A stretch of 28,704 bases of DNA from a virus (IMGVR_UViG_3300020042_000782:1-28704), one strand, 5' to 3'. Shown: positions 1-8,557, counted from the stretch's first letter. Numbers and translations: made by a program. Notes: generated by a model from the letters alone, not told the origin.

Positions 1-1
1 G

Positions 2-1111
2 TCTGGAGCCATTGCGATGGGTACTTCCAAGATTACAGGCTTGGGTACTCCAACAGATAATGCTGATGCTACAACTAAATTGTATGTTGATGGCATCTTA
101 GGCTCTGCAACTGCTGCTGCTACATCTGCTTCTGCTGCAGCTACCTCTGCTTCTAATGCATCTACAAGTGCAAGCAATGCATCTACATCAGCATCTAATG
201 CTTCTAGCTCTGCCTCTGCTGCTTCTACATCAGCTTCCAATGCTGCTGCCAGCTATGACTCTTTTGATGACCGTTACTTAGGCGCAAAGGCAACAGCCCC
301 CACAGTAGACAATGACGGTAATACTCTTTTAGTTGGTGCATTGTATTGGAACAGTACAAGCAATGAGTTGTATTTGTGGACAGGATCGGCTTGGACACAA
401 GCAGCGTTTACTACACTTTCATTAGGTACTGTTGCTTCAGTTGCTGTTTCGGGTGGTACAACTGGCTTGACCACTTCTGGTGGACCCATCACTACATCGG
501 GAACAATTACTTTAGGCGGTACTCTTGCTGTTGCTAACGGAGGAACAGGCACTTCAACTCCTGCTCTTGTGCAGGGTACAAATGTTACTATCACAGGTGC
601 TTGGCCCAATCAAACTATTAACGCATCTAGCTCTGGAGATGTAGCAGGACCAGCCTCTGCTACCGACAATGCAATTACAAGGTTTAACCTTACAACTGGC
701 AAGTTAGTACAAAACAGTTTGGTCACAGTTGCTGACGATGGTGCGATCACTGCACCCGGAGTTGGGTCTGTCATTCCTTTCTACTATGCTAACCAAGCGG
801 CTTTTCCATCTGCAGCTACTTATCACGGGGCATTGGCTCATAGTCATTCAGATGGTGCAATGTACTTTGCTCATAGCAGTGCATGGCACAGATTGCTTGA
901 TGAAAATACAGACGTTACTGTGGCTCAAGGTGGTACGGGTCTTTCAACCCTTACAGCTAACAACGTCATATTAGGTAATGGCACTTCAACACCTTTGTTT
1001 GTTGCCCCTAGTACTGCTGGTAATGTGTTAACATCTACCGGAACAACTTGGGCAAGCACAGCTCCAGCCGCTAGTGGTGATGGTGGTGCGTATGCTTGGT
1101 TTCTTTCATAG
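2..1111 (+). CDS. Tail fibre protein (5'-truncated by window edge)
   Basis: Frame open from base 2 (SGAIAMGTSKITGLGTPT..DATTKLYVD, a typical fibre motif), Ala/Ser heptad stalk, FDDRYLGAK..GALYWN..W module, xxGGTG fibre repeats; ATG at 17 is probably internal. Confidence 0.8.
   Translation, partial: SGAIAMGTSKITGLGTPTDNADATTKLYVDGILGSATAAATSASAAATSASNASTSASNASTSASNASSSASAASTSASNAAASYDSFDDRYLGAKATAPTVDNDGNTLLVGALYWNSTSNELYLWTGSAWTQAAFTTLSLGTVASVAVSGGTTGLTTSGGPITTSGTITLGGTLAVANGGTGTSTPALVQGTNVTITGAWPNQTINASSSGDVAGPASATDNAITRFNLTTGKLVQNSLVTVADDGAITAPGVGSVIPFYYANQAAFPSAATYHGALAHSHSDGAMYFAHSSAWHRLLDENTDVTVAQGGTGLSTLTANNVILGNGTSTPLFVAPSTAGNVLTSTGTTWASTAPAASGDGGAYAWFLS
110..252 (+). repeat. Degenerate 21-nt / 7-aa tandem repeat (A[AS]TSAS[AN]), coiled-coil stalk
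   Basis: TAAATSASAAATSASNASTSASNASTSASNASSSASAASTSASNAAAS read directly. Confidence 0.8.
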
Positions 1112-1119
1112 AGGAAAAA

Positions 1120-1707
1120 ATGAAAACACTTATTTTAGATGGAACATCTACCAGCATTATGCTGGCAATGACTGCTTCTGCTGCTACAACAAATCCAACA
1201 TTTGTTACAAACTATGCTGATAATTTAGGTACAGGTATTACAGAGGGGGCTACTGATGGTATATTAAATGGAGCTACTGATGTAACTGCCGTGCCAGCAC
1301 CTTCAGGTGCTAATAGAAGAATAGTTAAAGACATTACAATATTTAATGGGGACACTGCTGCTGTAACTGTTTTAATTAAATATGACAACGCTGCAACACA
1401 AAGAACTTTAGTAAAAGTTACTTTAGCTGTGGGGGACACTTACACTACTGATGGCACATTTAATTCTGCTGGCAGTTTAAAAACTGTTGTCAGTAATGTA
1501 AATTTAGCCACTGAGGTGTTGGGTGTTTTGAGTCCAGCTAATGGTGGTACTGGTGTAGCTAATAACTCTGCTAGTACATTAACTATTTCTGGAGCATATC
1601 CAACTACAGTGACAGTCACTGGTTCTACTTCCGTTACGTTGCCTACATCAGGTACACTCATTGTTGCTGGTAAAGCAATTGCACTCTCTTCTATTTTTGG
1701 TTTCTAA
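1120..1707 (+). CDS. Tail-fibre-associated protein (beta-rich N-domain, short fibre segment, C-terminal GKAIALSSIFGF)
   Basis: GAGGA RBS before ATG 1120 (preferred over 1096); LSPANGGTG fibre motif; LPTSGTL. Confidence 0.65.
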   Translation: MKTLILDGTSTSIMLAMTASAATTNPTFVTNYADNLGTGITEGATDGILNGATDVTAVPAPSGANRRIVKDITIFNGDTAAVTVLIKYDNAATQRTLVKVTLAVGDTYTTDGTFNSAGSLKTVVSNVNLATEVLGVLSPANGGTGVANNSASTLTISGAYPTTVTVTGSTSVTLPTSGTLIVAGKAIALSSIFGF

Positions 1708-1716
1708 GGAGCTATA

Positions 1717-2097
1717 ATGTCAAATCCTAATATCATCGGTGTATCCAGTATTGTTGGTAACACTAGTTCTTTCTTGGTGTCTTCTACATCAAATCCATTT
1801 GCTACAGCAATGGTGAATAATGCTGCTAGCAGTAATAAGATTTATAAGATTAATTCTATTGTTGTTGCTAATGTTAGCTCATCTGCTTGTAATGTAACAA
1901 TCAATCTGTACCCTCAAGATGATTTGGCTGGTACAGCTACAGCAATTGCATCAACCATTTCTGTACCTGCATATGCTTCATTGATTGTTCTAGACAGAAC
2001 AACAACAATGTATTTGTTGGAAGACAAATCATTGGGCATTGTTGCTGGTACTGCTAATGCGTTAACAGTTACTACCTCATGGGATGAGATGTCTTAA
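1717..2097 (+). CDS. Conserved phage virion/adaptor-like protein (beta-sandwich-like)
   Basis: TAAGGAG RBS; MSNPNI..NAASSNKIYKINSIVVANV..TISVPA.ASL pattern that I recall from tail-fibre regions of aquatic phages. Confidence 0.6.
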   Translation: MSNPNIIGVSSIVGNTSSFLVSSTSNPFATAMVNNAASSNKIYKINSIVVANVSSSACNVTINLYPQDDLAGTATAIASTISVPAYASLIVLDRTTTMYLLEDKSLGIVAGTANALTVTTSWDEMS

Positions 2098-2115
2098 TAA
2101 AGAAAGATTATCGCT

Positions 2116-2976
2116 ATGTCGATCAATCATATTGGTAACATTATTTCCTATGCTAGCAATGGCTTAGATACTCCTACTAAGACAGTGGAGTATCTTGTTG
2201 TTGCTGGTGGTGGCGGTGGTGGATTAGCAAATAGTGCTAGTAGTTTGTATGCTGGAGGTGGTGGTGCTGGTGGATTACTTACAGCAACTGGTTTTGCTGT
2301 GACAATTGGCTCAAGTATTACTGTGACTGTTGGTGCTGGCGGTGCTGGATCAACCAATCAAAGTAATGTTGGGAGTAATGGCGGTAACTCTGTATTTGGT
2401 TTTATCACAGCTATTGGTGGTGGTGGTGGGGGTTCTGCTGGTAGTTCACAAGGTGCAACTGGGGGTTCTGGGGGTGGCGCAGGTTCTAGTACATCTGTTG
2501 GCTTAGGTATTGTAGGTCAAGGAAATTCTGGTGGGAATGGATCTACTAGTGCGTATGGTGGTGGTGGGGGTGGAGGCTCAGGTTCTGTTGGTGGATTTAC
2601 ATCTGCTGCAGTTGTTCCCGGGGGCACTGGTGGTGCAGGAACAGTTTCATCAATTTCTGGTTCAGCACTTCAATATGCTGGGGGTGGTGGTGGTGCAGGA
2701 TATGTATTCCCTTCGTTAGGAGCAGCAGGTGGAGGAAATGGTGATGGATGGACCAATGCAATTGGAAGTAATGCTGCAGCAAATACAGGCTCTGGTGGTG
2801 GTGGCGCAGGTACAGGTCTTGGTGGTATAGGCTATGCTGGCGGTAGTGGCATAGTCATCATCCGCTACCCATCTTACTTAGCTCCCGCCACATCAACAAC
2901 AGGATCGTCTTCAATGTACGTCATCAATGGATGGCGTGTGTATGAATTCATTGCCTCAGGCACAATAACATTTTAA
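2116..2976 (+). CDS. Glycine-rich-domain adhesin-like protein 1
   Basis: VEYLVVAGGGGGG..GGGGAGG..VTVGAGG..YAGGGGG..ANTG..GGSGIVIIRYP..FIASGTITF. Confidence 0.75.
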   Translation: MSINHIGNIISYASNGLDTPTKTVEYLVVAGGGGGGLANSASSLYAGGGGAGGLLTATGFAVTIGSSITVTVGAGGAGSTNQSNVGSNGGNSVFGFITAIGGGGGGSAGSSQGATGGSGGGAGSSTSVGLGIVGQGNSGGNGSTSAYGGGGGGGSGSVGGFTSAAVVPGGTGGAGTVSSISGSALQYAGGGGGAGYVFPSLGAAGGGNGDGWTNAIGSNAAANTGSGGGGAGTGLGGIGYAGGSGIVIIRYPSYLAPATSTTGSSSMYVINGWRVYEFIASGTITF

Positions 2977-2984
2977 GGTAGGCT

Positions 2985-4466
2985 ATGGCTTCTGGACTTT
3001 TTACATTAAAGCAACAAGTACAAGCTCTTCGTCAAGGAGCATGGAGTGGGCAAAAGCCTCAGGCTGTTGATTATTTAGTTGTAGCTGGTGGTGGTGGTAG
3101 TGGTGGTTATTATGGTGGTGGTGGTGGTGCTGGTGGATTGTTAACTGGCATCTTACCTGTTGCTACTGGTGTCTCTTTAACTGTTACTATTGGTGGCGGT
3201 GGTACTGGCTCTGGTAATGGATATGGTTCAAATGGGGTTAACTCTATTTTTGGTCCAATAATCACATCTGGTGGTGGTGGTGGTGCTGGCGGATCTGCAA
3301 GCTCATCAAAAAACGGTTTGTCTGGTGGTTCAGGTGGTGGAGGTCAAAATTACGACAGCACCACTGCTGCCAATGGGGGTCTTGCGGCATTTGGGCAAGG
3401 TAACATCGGTTCTAGTGGAGTTGGTGGTGGTGGTGGTGGCGCTGGAACTGCGGGTTATCGTGGAGGAGCCATTAATTTTGCTGGCGGTGGAGGTGCTGGA
3501 ATTGCAAGCGCAATTTCTGGAACCGTAACAGCATATGCTGGCGGAGGTGCAGGTGCAGGTGGTGGTTATGCTGGTGGTGCTGGTGGTGGTGGCGCAGCAA
3601 ATGTCTCAGGAACTGCTAATACGGGCGGTGGAGCAGGTGGTGATACTGGCGCTACAGGTGGCTCAGGCGTTGTCATTGTTTCATACCCCGATACTTATGC
3701 AGCAGCAGCATCAGCGCCTAACGCAACTGTAAGCACAAGTGGTAGTGGTAGTATTTATAATGCAGGTGCAGGATCTTTGGGATTCTCTGGAACTACTCCA
3801 TTTAATTTTGGTACTGGTAATTTTACTATTGAAGGTTGGTATAACTTAGCCAACTTTAATAATGCAAGTGCTGGTGGCAATCCGGGTCTTATTGGTTATG
3901 GCACTGCAAACTGGTTGTTGGTTATACCCGGTGGAGCATATAATTTTTATGTTGGTGGTAATATAATTGTTTCTTCTTCAGCAGTTGCTACTGCAAATGT
4001 ATGGAATCATTTTGCTATTGTACGAAATGGTACAACATTTACTATATATCATAATGGAACATCAGTTGGAACTGGTACAAGTTCAGCGTCTGTTTCAATT
4101 GGGAGCAGTGGCCTTACTGTAGGTTCTAATGGTCCTAGTGGTATTGGTTCTGTTACTGGGTACATGACCAATGTTCGTGTTGTAAAAGGTGTGGCTGTAT
4201 ACACAGGAAACTTTACTGTTCCTACTTCTCCATTACAAGCAACACAACCTGTGGGAACAAACATTGCAGCTATTACAGGAACAGATACATCTTTATTAGT
4301 GAATACAGTTTCTGGAGCATACACTGCAGATAGTTCTACAAATAGTGCTGCAGCTAATTCAAATACTACTGCTATTGCATGGAACCAATTGTCTCCCTTT
4401 GCAACAGGCTTAGGCTACAAAAATCGTGTATATAGATGGACCTCTAGTGGTTCAATTACCTTCTAA
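2985..4466 (+). CDS. Glycine-rich-domain protein 2 with LamG/ConA-like domain
   Basis: Same glycine-rich framework plus FGTGNFTIEGW..WNHFAIVRNG..IYHNG..GYMTNVRVVKGVAVYTGNFT (LamG-like). Confidence 0.8.
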   Translation: MASGLFTLKQQVQALRQGAWSGQKPQAVDYLVVAGGGGSGGYYGGGGGAGGLLTGILPVATGVSLTVTIGGGGTGSGNGYGSNGVNSIFGPIITSGGGGGAGGSASSSKNGLSGGSGGGGQNYDSTTAANGGLAAFGQGNIGSSGVGGGGGGAGTAGYRGGAINFAGGGGAGIASAISGTVTAYAGGGAGAGGGYAGGAGGGGAANVSGTANTGGGAGGDTGATGGSGVVIVSYPDTYAAAASAPNATVSTSGSGSIYNAGAGSLGFSGTTPFNFGTGNFTIEGWYNLANFNNASAGGNPGLIGYGTANWLLVIPGGAYNFYVGGNIIVSSSAVATANVWNHFAIVRNGTTFTIYHNGTSVGTGTSSASVSIGSSGLTVGSNGPSGIGSVTGYMTNVRVVKGVAVYTGNFTVPTSPLQATQPVGTNIAAITGTDTSLLVNTVSGAYTADSSTNSAAANSNTTAIAWNQLSPFATGLGYKNRVYRWTSSGSITF

Positions 4467-4475
4467 GGAAAAAAA

Positions 4476-5402
4476 ATGAGTGGGCAAAACTTAGGTGGGT
4501 TTATCTCTGCAACTTATGATCCCTTAGCGGGTGTGGTGGAGACTGTTGAGTATTTAGTAGTTGCTGGTGGCGGGGGTGGTGGCGGCATTCGAGGAGGTGG
4601 GGGAGGTGCTGGTGGTCTACTACAAGCGTCTTCTTTTGCTGTAACTATTGGCTCTGCATTAACTGTGACAATTGGTGCTGGTGGTGCTGGTAACACATCT
4701 TCCGCAGGAAGCAATGGACAAAACTCAGTGTTTGGTTCTATTACAGCTATTGGCGGTGGCGGTGGCGGTTATGATGCTGGTGGTACAACTAATTCAGGTG
4801 GCGTATCAGGGGGTTCTGGTGGAGGGGGCAATGGTCGATGGGCAACCACTGGAGGTGCTGGAACTTCAGGACAAGGCAATGCAGGTGGAAACGGTTCTGG
4901 CACAGTCGCTGGGTTTGATACCTTCCGTGCAGGAGGTGGCGGTGGAGCAGGTTCTGTTGGAGTTATTGGAACAGTATCTGGCGGTCATGGTGGCACAGGA
5001 GTTTGCTCTACAATAAACGGCTCCCGTGTTTTTTACGCTGGCGGTGGTGGAGGTGGGAGTGGTGTAGGTACTGGCTCTGGAGGCGATCCTACAATTGGCG
5101 CATCTTTGGGTGGCCCCGGTGGTGGAGGTGCTGGCGCATCAGTTGTTCCTAGTAGTGGAGTATCAACTATTGCCACGCAAGCTATACCCGGAACAGCAAA
5201 CACTGGTGGAGGAGGTGGCGGTGGGCCATATGTAAATGCTGGCCCCAATGTAGGTGCAACTGGTGGTTCTGGAATTGTAATCATTCGCTACCCTGTAAAT
5301 CTTCCACCCATCACTACTATTGTAGGAACAAATTATCAGTTAAACTATGCAGAAGGTTATCAAATTTATACCTTCACATCTTCAGCCACTATTACTTTTT
5401 AA
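4476..5402 (+). CDS. Glycine-rich-domain adhesin-like protein 3
   Basis: TAAGGA RBS; same framework, ends YTFTSSATITF. Confidence 0.75.
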   Translation: MSGQNLGGFISATYDPLAGVVETVEYLVVAGGGGGGGIRGGGGGAGGLLQASSFAVTIGSALTVTIGAGGAGNTSSAGSNGQNSVFGSITAIGGGGGGYDAGGTTNSGGVSGGSGGGGNGRWATTGGAGTSGQGNAGGNGSGTVAGFDTFRAGGGGGAGSVGVIGTVSGGHGGTGVCSTINGSRVFYAGGGGGGSGVGTGSGGDPTIGASLGGPGGGGAGASVVPSSGVSTIATQAIPGTANTGGGGGGGPYVNAGPNVGATGGSGIVIIRYPVNLPPITTIVGTNYQLNYAEGYQIYTFTSSATITF

Positions 5403-5414
5403 GGAGAAAATTAA

Positions 5415-5771
5415 ATGGCACATTTCGCTAAAGTAGAAAACGGTGTAGTGACTCAGGTCATTGTCATCGATCAAGAAACATTGAACACAGGACATTGGGG
5501 TGATCCAACATCTTGGGTTCAAACAAGTTACAACACTCATGGAGGTGTTCATAAACAAGGTGGTATACCACTGCGTAAAAACTATGCAGGTATTGGATAT
5601 ACATATGATGTAGAGCGTGATGCATTCATTCCTCCAAAGCCTTTTGCTTCATGGGTGTTAAATGAAACCACTTGTCAGTGGGAAGCACCAACACCTATGC
5701 CTGTTGAAGAAGGTAAGATGTTTACATGGGATGAAGATACAACCGCTTGGGTTGAAGTAGTTACAGAATAA
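5415..5771 (+). CDS. Conserved phage hypothetical protein, possibly fibre/adhesin assembly factor
   Basis: AAGGAG RBS; MAHFAK..WVQTSYN..RKNYAGIGYTYD..DAFIPPKP..W..PTPMP..W pattern; function inferred from position only. Confidence 0.6.
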   Translation: MAHFAKVENGVVTQVIVIDQETLNTGHWGDPTSWVQTSYNTHGGVHKQGGIPLRKNYAGIGYTYDVERDAFIPPKPFASWVLNETTCQWEAPTPMPVEEGKMFTWDEDTTAWVEVVTE

Positions 5772-5783
5772 TCGGAGCAAACA

Positions 5784-7472
5784 ATGCCTCAATACAGTGG
5801 AATGTGGACGCTTAAACAAGTCAGTCAAGCGGTAAAAAACTTGAATTGGACGGGCATTCCTCCGTCTGTGGTTGAGTATTTAGTTGTTGCTGGTGGCGGC
5901 GGGGGTGGTCGAGATAACTTCAATGGCCGAGGTGCTGGTGGGGGCGGTGCTGGCGGCTTACTTGCTGGATATGCTGGGATTACCCTTGGTTCTTCATATT
6001 TTGTAACGGTTGGCGCTGGTGGTGCTGGAGGCGGCACTGACACTGCGGCTACGGGTACTAATGGGCAAAATTCTGTTTTTGTTGCTACATCTTCTGGTGC
6101 ATTTACAGGCACTATTGTTGCTCTAGGTGGCGGTGGTGGCGGTGGGCATTCAAACAGCGGGACGTTGAGCGCAAACTCTGGTGGTTCAGGTGGTGGTGGC
6201 CCAAATAACACCTCATCTACAGTTGGTTCCGGCGCATCTGGGCAAGGTAATGCTGGCGGTGCTGGATTACCTAGCGGAAGCCCATATAACGGAGGCGGAG
6301 GCGGAGGCGCAGGGACTGTAGGACTGGCCGCTGCAACAGCTGCGTCTGGTAATGGTGGCGCAGGTATTGCAAGCGCTATTAGCGGAACAGTAACGGCCTA
6401 TGCTGGTGGTGGCGGTGGTGGTGGTGGCGATAGCGGTTCAGTACCCGGAGGCGTAGGCGGGGTAGGTGGTGGGGGCGCTGGTGGCACAGGAGCGGCGGTA
6501 TCTGGAACTTCTGGCACTGCAAATACTGGTGGCGGCGGTGGTGGTGGTAGAAGTGGTGGAGGCACAGGCGGTTCAGGCGTTGTCATTCTCCGCTACCCCG
6601 GCTCAATTCAATATTTTACTGGTGGCACAGTGACCTATGCTGCTGGTCATGTTGTTCATAGATTTACATCTTCAGGTACATTGGCTCCAACAACAGCCAC
6701 TAATTTACTTACAAACAACACAATTGTATTCTTCTCATCTACCACATGGACAGCCCCTATTGGTGCAACACAAGTTCAATATTTAGTTGTTGGCGGTGGT
6801 GGCGGTGGTGGTGGTCAATACGGTGGTGGCGGTGGTGGTGGTGGTGGTTTTAGAACAGCCACAGGGCTTTCTGTAACTGCTGGTACAACTTACACAGTTA
6901 CTGTGGGAGCTGGAGGTAACGGTGCTAGCGGAAGAAATAACGGAACTTCTGGTGGTAGCTCTTCGTTTAGTACTATTACTGCTGCTGGTGGTGGATATGG
7001 TGCTGGTGATACTAGTAATACCGTAGGTGGCTCAGGTGGCTCAGGTGGTGGTAGTACAGCAAACTCTGGCACGGCTGGAGGCTCGGGGAATACACCAAGT
7101 ACATCACCAAGCCAAGGTAATAATGGAGGAGGCTCTGCTTCCGGTGGTAGTTCTTATGGCGGTGGTGGCGGTGGCGGTGCAGGTGCAGTAGGTTCTACAG
7201 GAACTGTTGGAACTGGAGGTGCTGGCGGTGCTGGTACAGCCTCATCACTTATTGGTACTTCTGTAACTTATGCTGGTGGCGGTGGTGGTGGCGGTGAAGG
7301 TACTGGTGGTGCTGGAGGAGCAGGTGGTGGAACTGCTGGAACTGGTAATGGTACTCGTCCCGCAAACGCTGCTAATAACACTGGTGGTGGAGGCGGTGGT
7401 GGTGGCAGTACCACAGGTGCTCCGGGTGGTGGCAACGGTGGCTCCGGTATTGTTATTTTGAAGTGGAGCTAA
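5784..7472 (+). CDS. Tandem two-domain glycine-rich adhesin-like protein 4
   Basis: GGAG RBS; two complete YLVV[AG]GGGG...GGSG[IV]VIL units. Confidence 0.75.
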   Translation: MPQYSGMWTLKQVSQAVKNLNWTGIPPSVVEYLVVAGGGGGGRDNFNGRGAGGGGAGGLLAGYAGITLGSSYFVTVGAGGAGGGTDTAATGTNGQNSVFVATSSGAFTGTIVALGGGGGGGHSNSGTLSANSGGSGGGGPNNTSSTVGSGASGQGNAGGAGLPSGSPYNGGGGGGAGTVGLAAATAASGNGGAGIASAISGTVTAYAGGGGGGGGDSGSVPGGVGGVGGGGAGGTGAAVSGTSGTANTGGGGGGGRSGGGTGGSGVVILRYPGSIQYFTGGTVTYAAGHVVHRFTSSGTLAPTTATNLLTNNTIVFFSSTTWTAPIGATQVQYLVVGGGGGGGGQYGGGGGGGGGFRTATGLSVTAGTTYTVTVGAGGNGASGRNNGTSGGSSSFSTITAAGGGYGAGDTSNTVGGSGGSGGGSTANSGTAGGSGNTPSTSPSQGNNGGGSASGGSSYGGGGGGGAGAVGSTGTVGTGGAGGAGTASSLIGTSVTYAGGGGGGGEGTGGAGGAGGGTAGTGNGTRPANAANNTGGGGGGGGSTTGAPGGGNGGSGIVILKWS

Positions 7473-7473
7473 C

Positions 7474-7701
7474 ATGCAAGAAGATGTTACCCACGCTCAG
7501 ATTTATGAGCGTCTACTAGCTGTAGAACAAAAAGTTGATAAGCTGGACAAAAGTACAGAAGCTGTTGTCCAAGCTTTCAACGCAGCCCAAGGAGCATTTG
7601 TTGTTCTTGAGTGGGTTGCTAGAGCAGTGAAGCCCATCTTAGTTATCGGTGCTTTCTGTGGTGCTATATGGCTTGCTATCGAAAACAAGCTGCATCACTA
7701 A
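7474..7701 (+). CDS. Small coiled-coil + C-terminal TM protein (holin-like/XhlA-like candidate)
   Basis: GGAG RBS; ERLLAVEQKVDKLD then hydrophobic PILVIGAFCGAIWLAI; first gene of the lysis region. Confidence 0.5.
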   Translation: MQEDVTHAQIYERLLAVEQKVDKLDKSTEAVVQAFNAAQGAFVVLEWVARAVKPILVIGAFCGAIWLAIENKLHH

Positions 7702-7832
7702 TATTTTTATTATTACTATCTTTCCCTATTGGGTCCAAAGAGGAGAAGTATAAGTGTGTCCGATGGACATGGACCGGAGATGTGTATAACAGAAAAGTTG
7801 TATGCATTGAATGGAAAAGGATTGAGCGATGA
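7668..7832 (+). CDS. 54-aa secreted/membrane micro-protein (not in ORF track)
   Basis: Manual translation MACYRKQAASLIFLLLLSFPIGSKEEKYKCVRWTWTGDVYNRKVVCIEWKRIER; fills the gap and ends in an ATGA overlap with 7829. Confidence 0.65.
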   Translation: MACYRKQAASLIFLLLLSFPIGSKEEKYKCVRWTWTGDVYNRKVVCIEWKRIER

Positions 7833-8323
7833 TTGATCCCGTCACCGCACTAGCTGGCATACAAAGCGCCATCAGCATGGTCAAGAAGGCCAGTGCTGTG
7901 GCATCTGATCTTGGGTCTTTAGCCCCAATGATTGGTAAGCTTTTTGACGCAAAATCGACTGCCACTAAAGCTTTAATTGAAACGAAGAAGAGTAAAGGTT
8001 CCAACATGGGAACTGCTCTTCAGATTGAGATGGCTTTGGAACAGGCTAGAGCATTTGAGGAAGAGTTGAAGATGCTCTTTATGACCACAGGCAAGATTGA
8101 TGTGTGGAATAAAATTAAAGCTCGGCAAGACCAGATGGATATTGACGATGCAAGAGAGCTTCGTGCTTTAGAGCGAGCAGAAAAGAAAGCCAAAGAAAAA
8201 GAAGCCGAGATGAATGAGCTGGTAATGATTATTGGTGGCTGTGCTTTTGTTTTGCTCTTGGTGTTTATTGGTATTAATGAGTTGATGACTTTCTGTGAGA
8301 CAACAAGAAGGTGTGGCAGATGA
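7829..8323 (+). CDS. Helical membrane-anchored hypothetical protein
   Basis: MIDPVTALAGIQSAISMVKKA N-terminus, coiled coil, C-terminal TM (VMIIGGCAFVLLLVFIGI); ATGA-coupled at both ends. Confidence 0.75.
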   Translation: MIDPVTALAGIQSAISMVKKASAVASDLGSLAPMIGKLFDAKSTATKALIETKKSKGSNMGTALQIEMALEQARAFEEELKMLFMTTGKIDVWNKIKARQDQMDIDDARELRALERAEKKAKEKEAEMNELVMIIGGCAFVLLLVFIGINELMTFCETTRRCGR

Positions 8324-8409
8324 CTTGGCTTGACATTTTGCTTTGGTCTGCTGTTCCATTGAACTATTTGTTTTGGATAGTTGTCTATCCATATTTGAGC
8401 AATGAATGA
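8320..8409 (+). CDS. 29-aa single-TM micro-protein (not in ORF track)
   Basis: MTWLDILLWSAVPLNYLFWIVVYPYLSNE; ATGA overlap upstream, 8-nt overlap downstream. Confidence 0.5.
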   Translation: MTWLDILLWSAVPLNYLFWIVVYPYLSNE

Positions 8410-8557
8410 GTACCAGAAGACCTTTGATCTTTGCTTAAAGATATTCATCTATGGCTGTGTGGCTTTGTGGTTTCTAGGTTTTTTAAAGTTCTTACCCGAT
8501 GATTTGTCGGACAAGATTGTTAATCTTTTACTTGGAAGGGTGGGACTAGGTAAATGA
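8402..8557 (+). CDS. 51-aa TM micro-protein (not in ORF track)
   Basis: MNEYQKTFDLCLKIFIYGCVALWFLGFLKFLPDDLSDKIVNLLLGRVGLGK; ATGA overlap with 8554. Confidence 0.65.
   Translation: MNEYQKTFDLCLKIFIYGCVALWFLGFLKFLPDDLSDKIVNLLLGRVGLGK

Noticed and set aside
2116-7472. (GGT)n runs as microsatellites, CRISPR or DGR template/variable repeats
   Set aside because: Explained by polyglycine coding with mixed codons; no constant repeat-spacer pattern, no adenine-specific repeat pair seen and no reverse transcriptase in the window
2148-7475. Poly-proline minus-strand ORFs and Val-rich alternate-frame ORFs
   Set aside because: Shadows of GGT/GGC glycine codons in the real + strand genes
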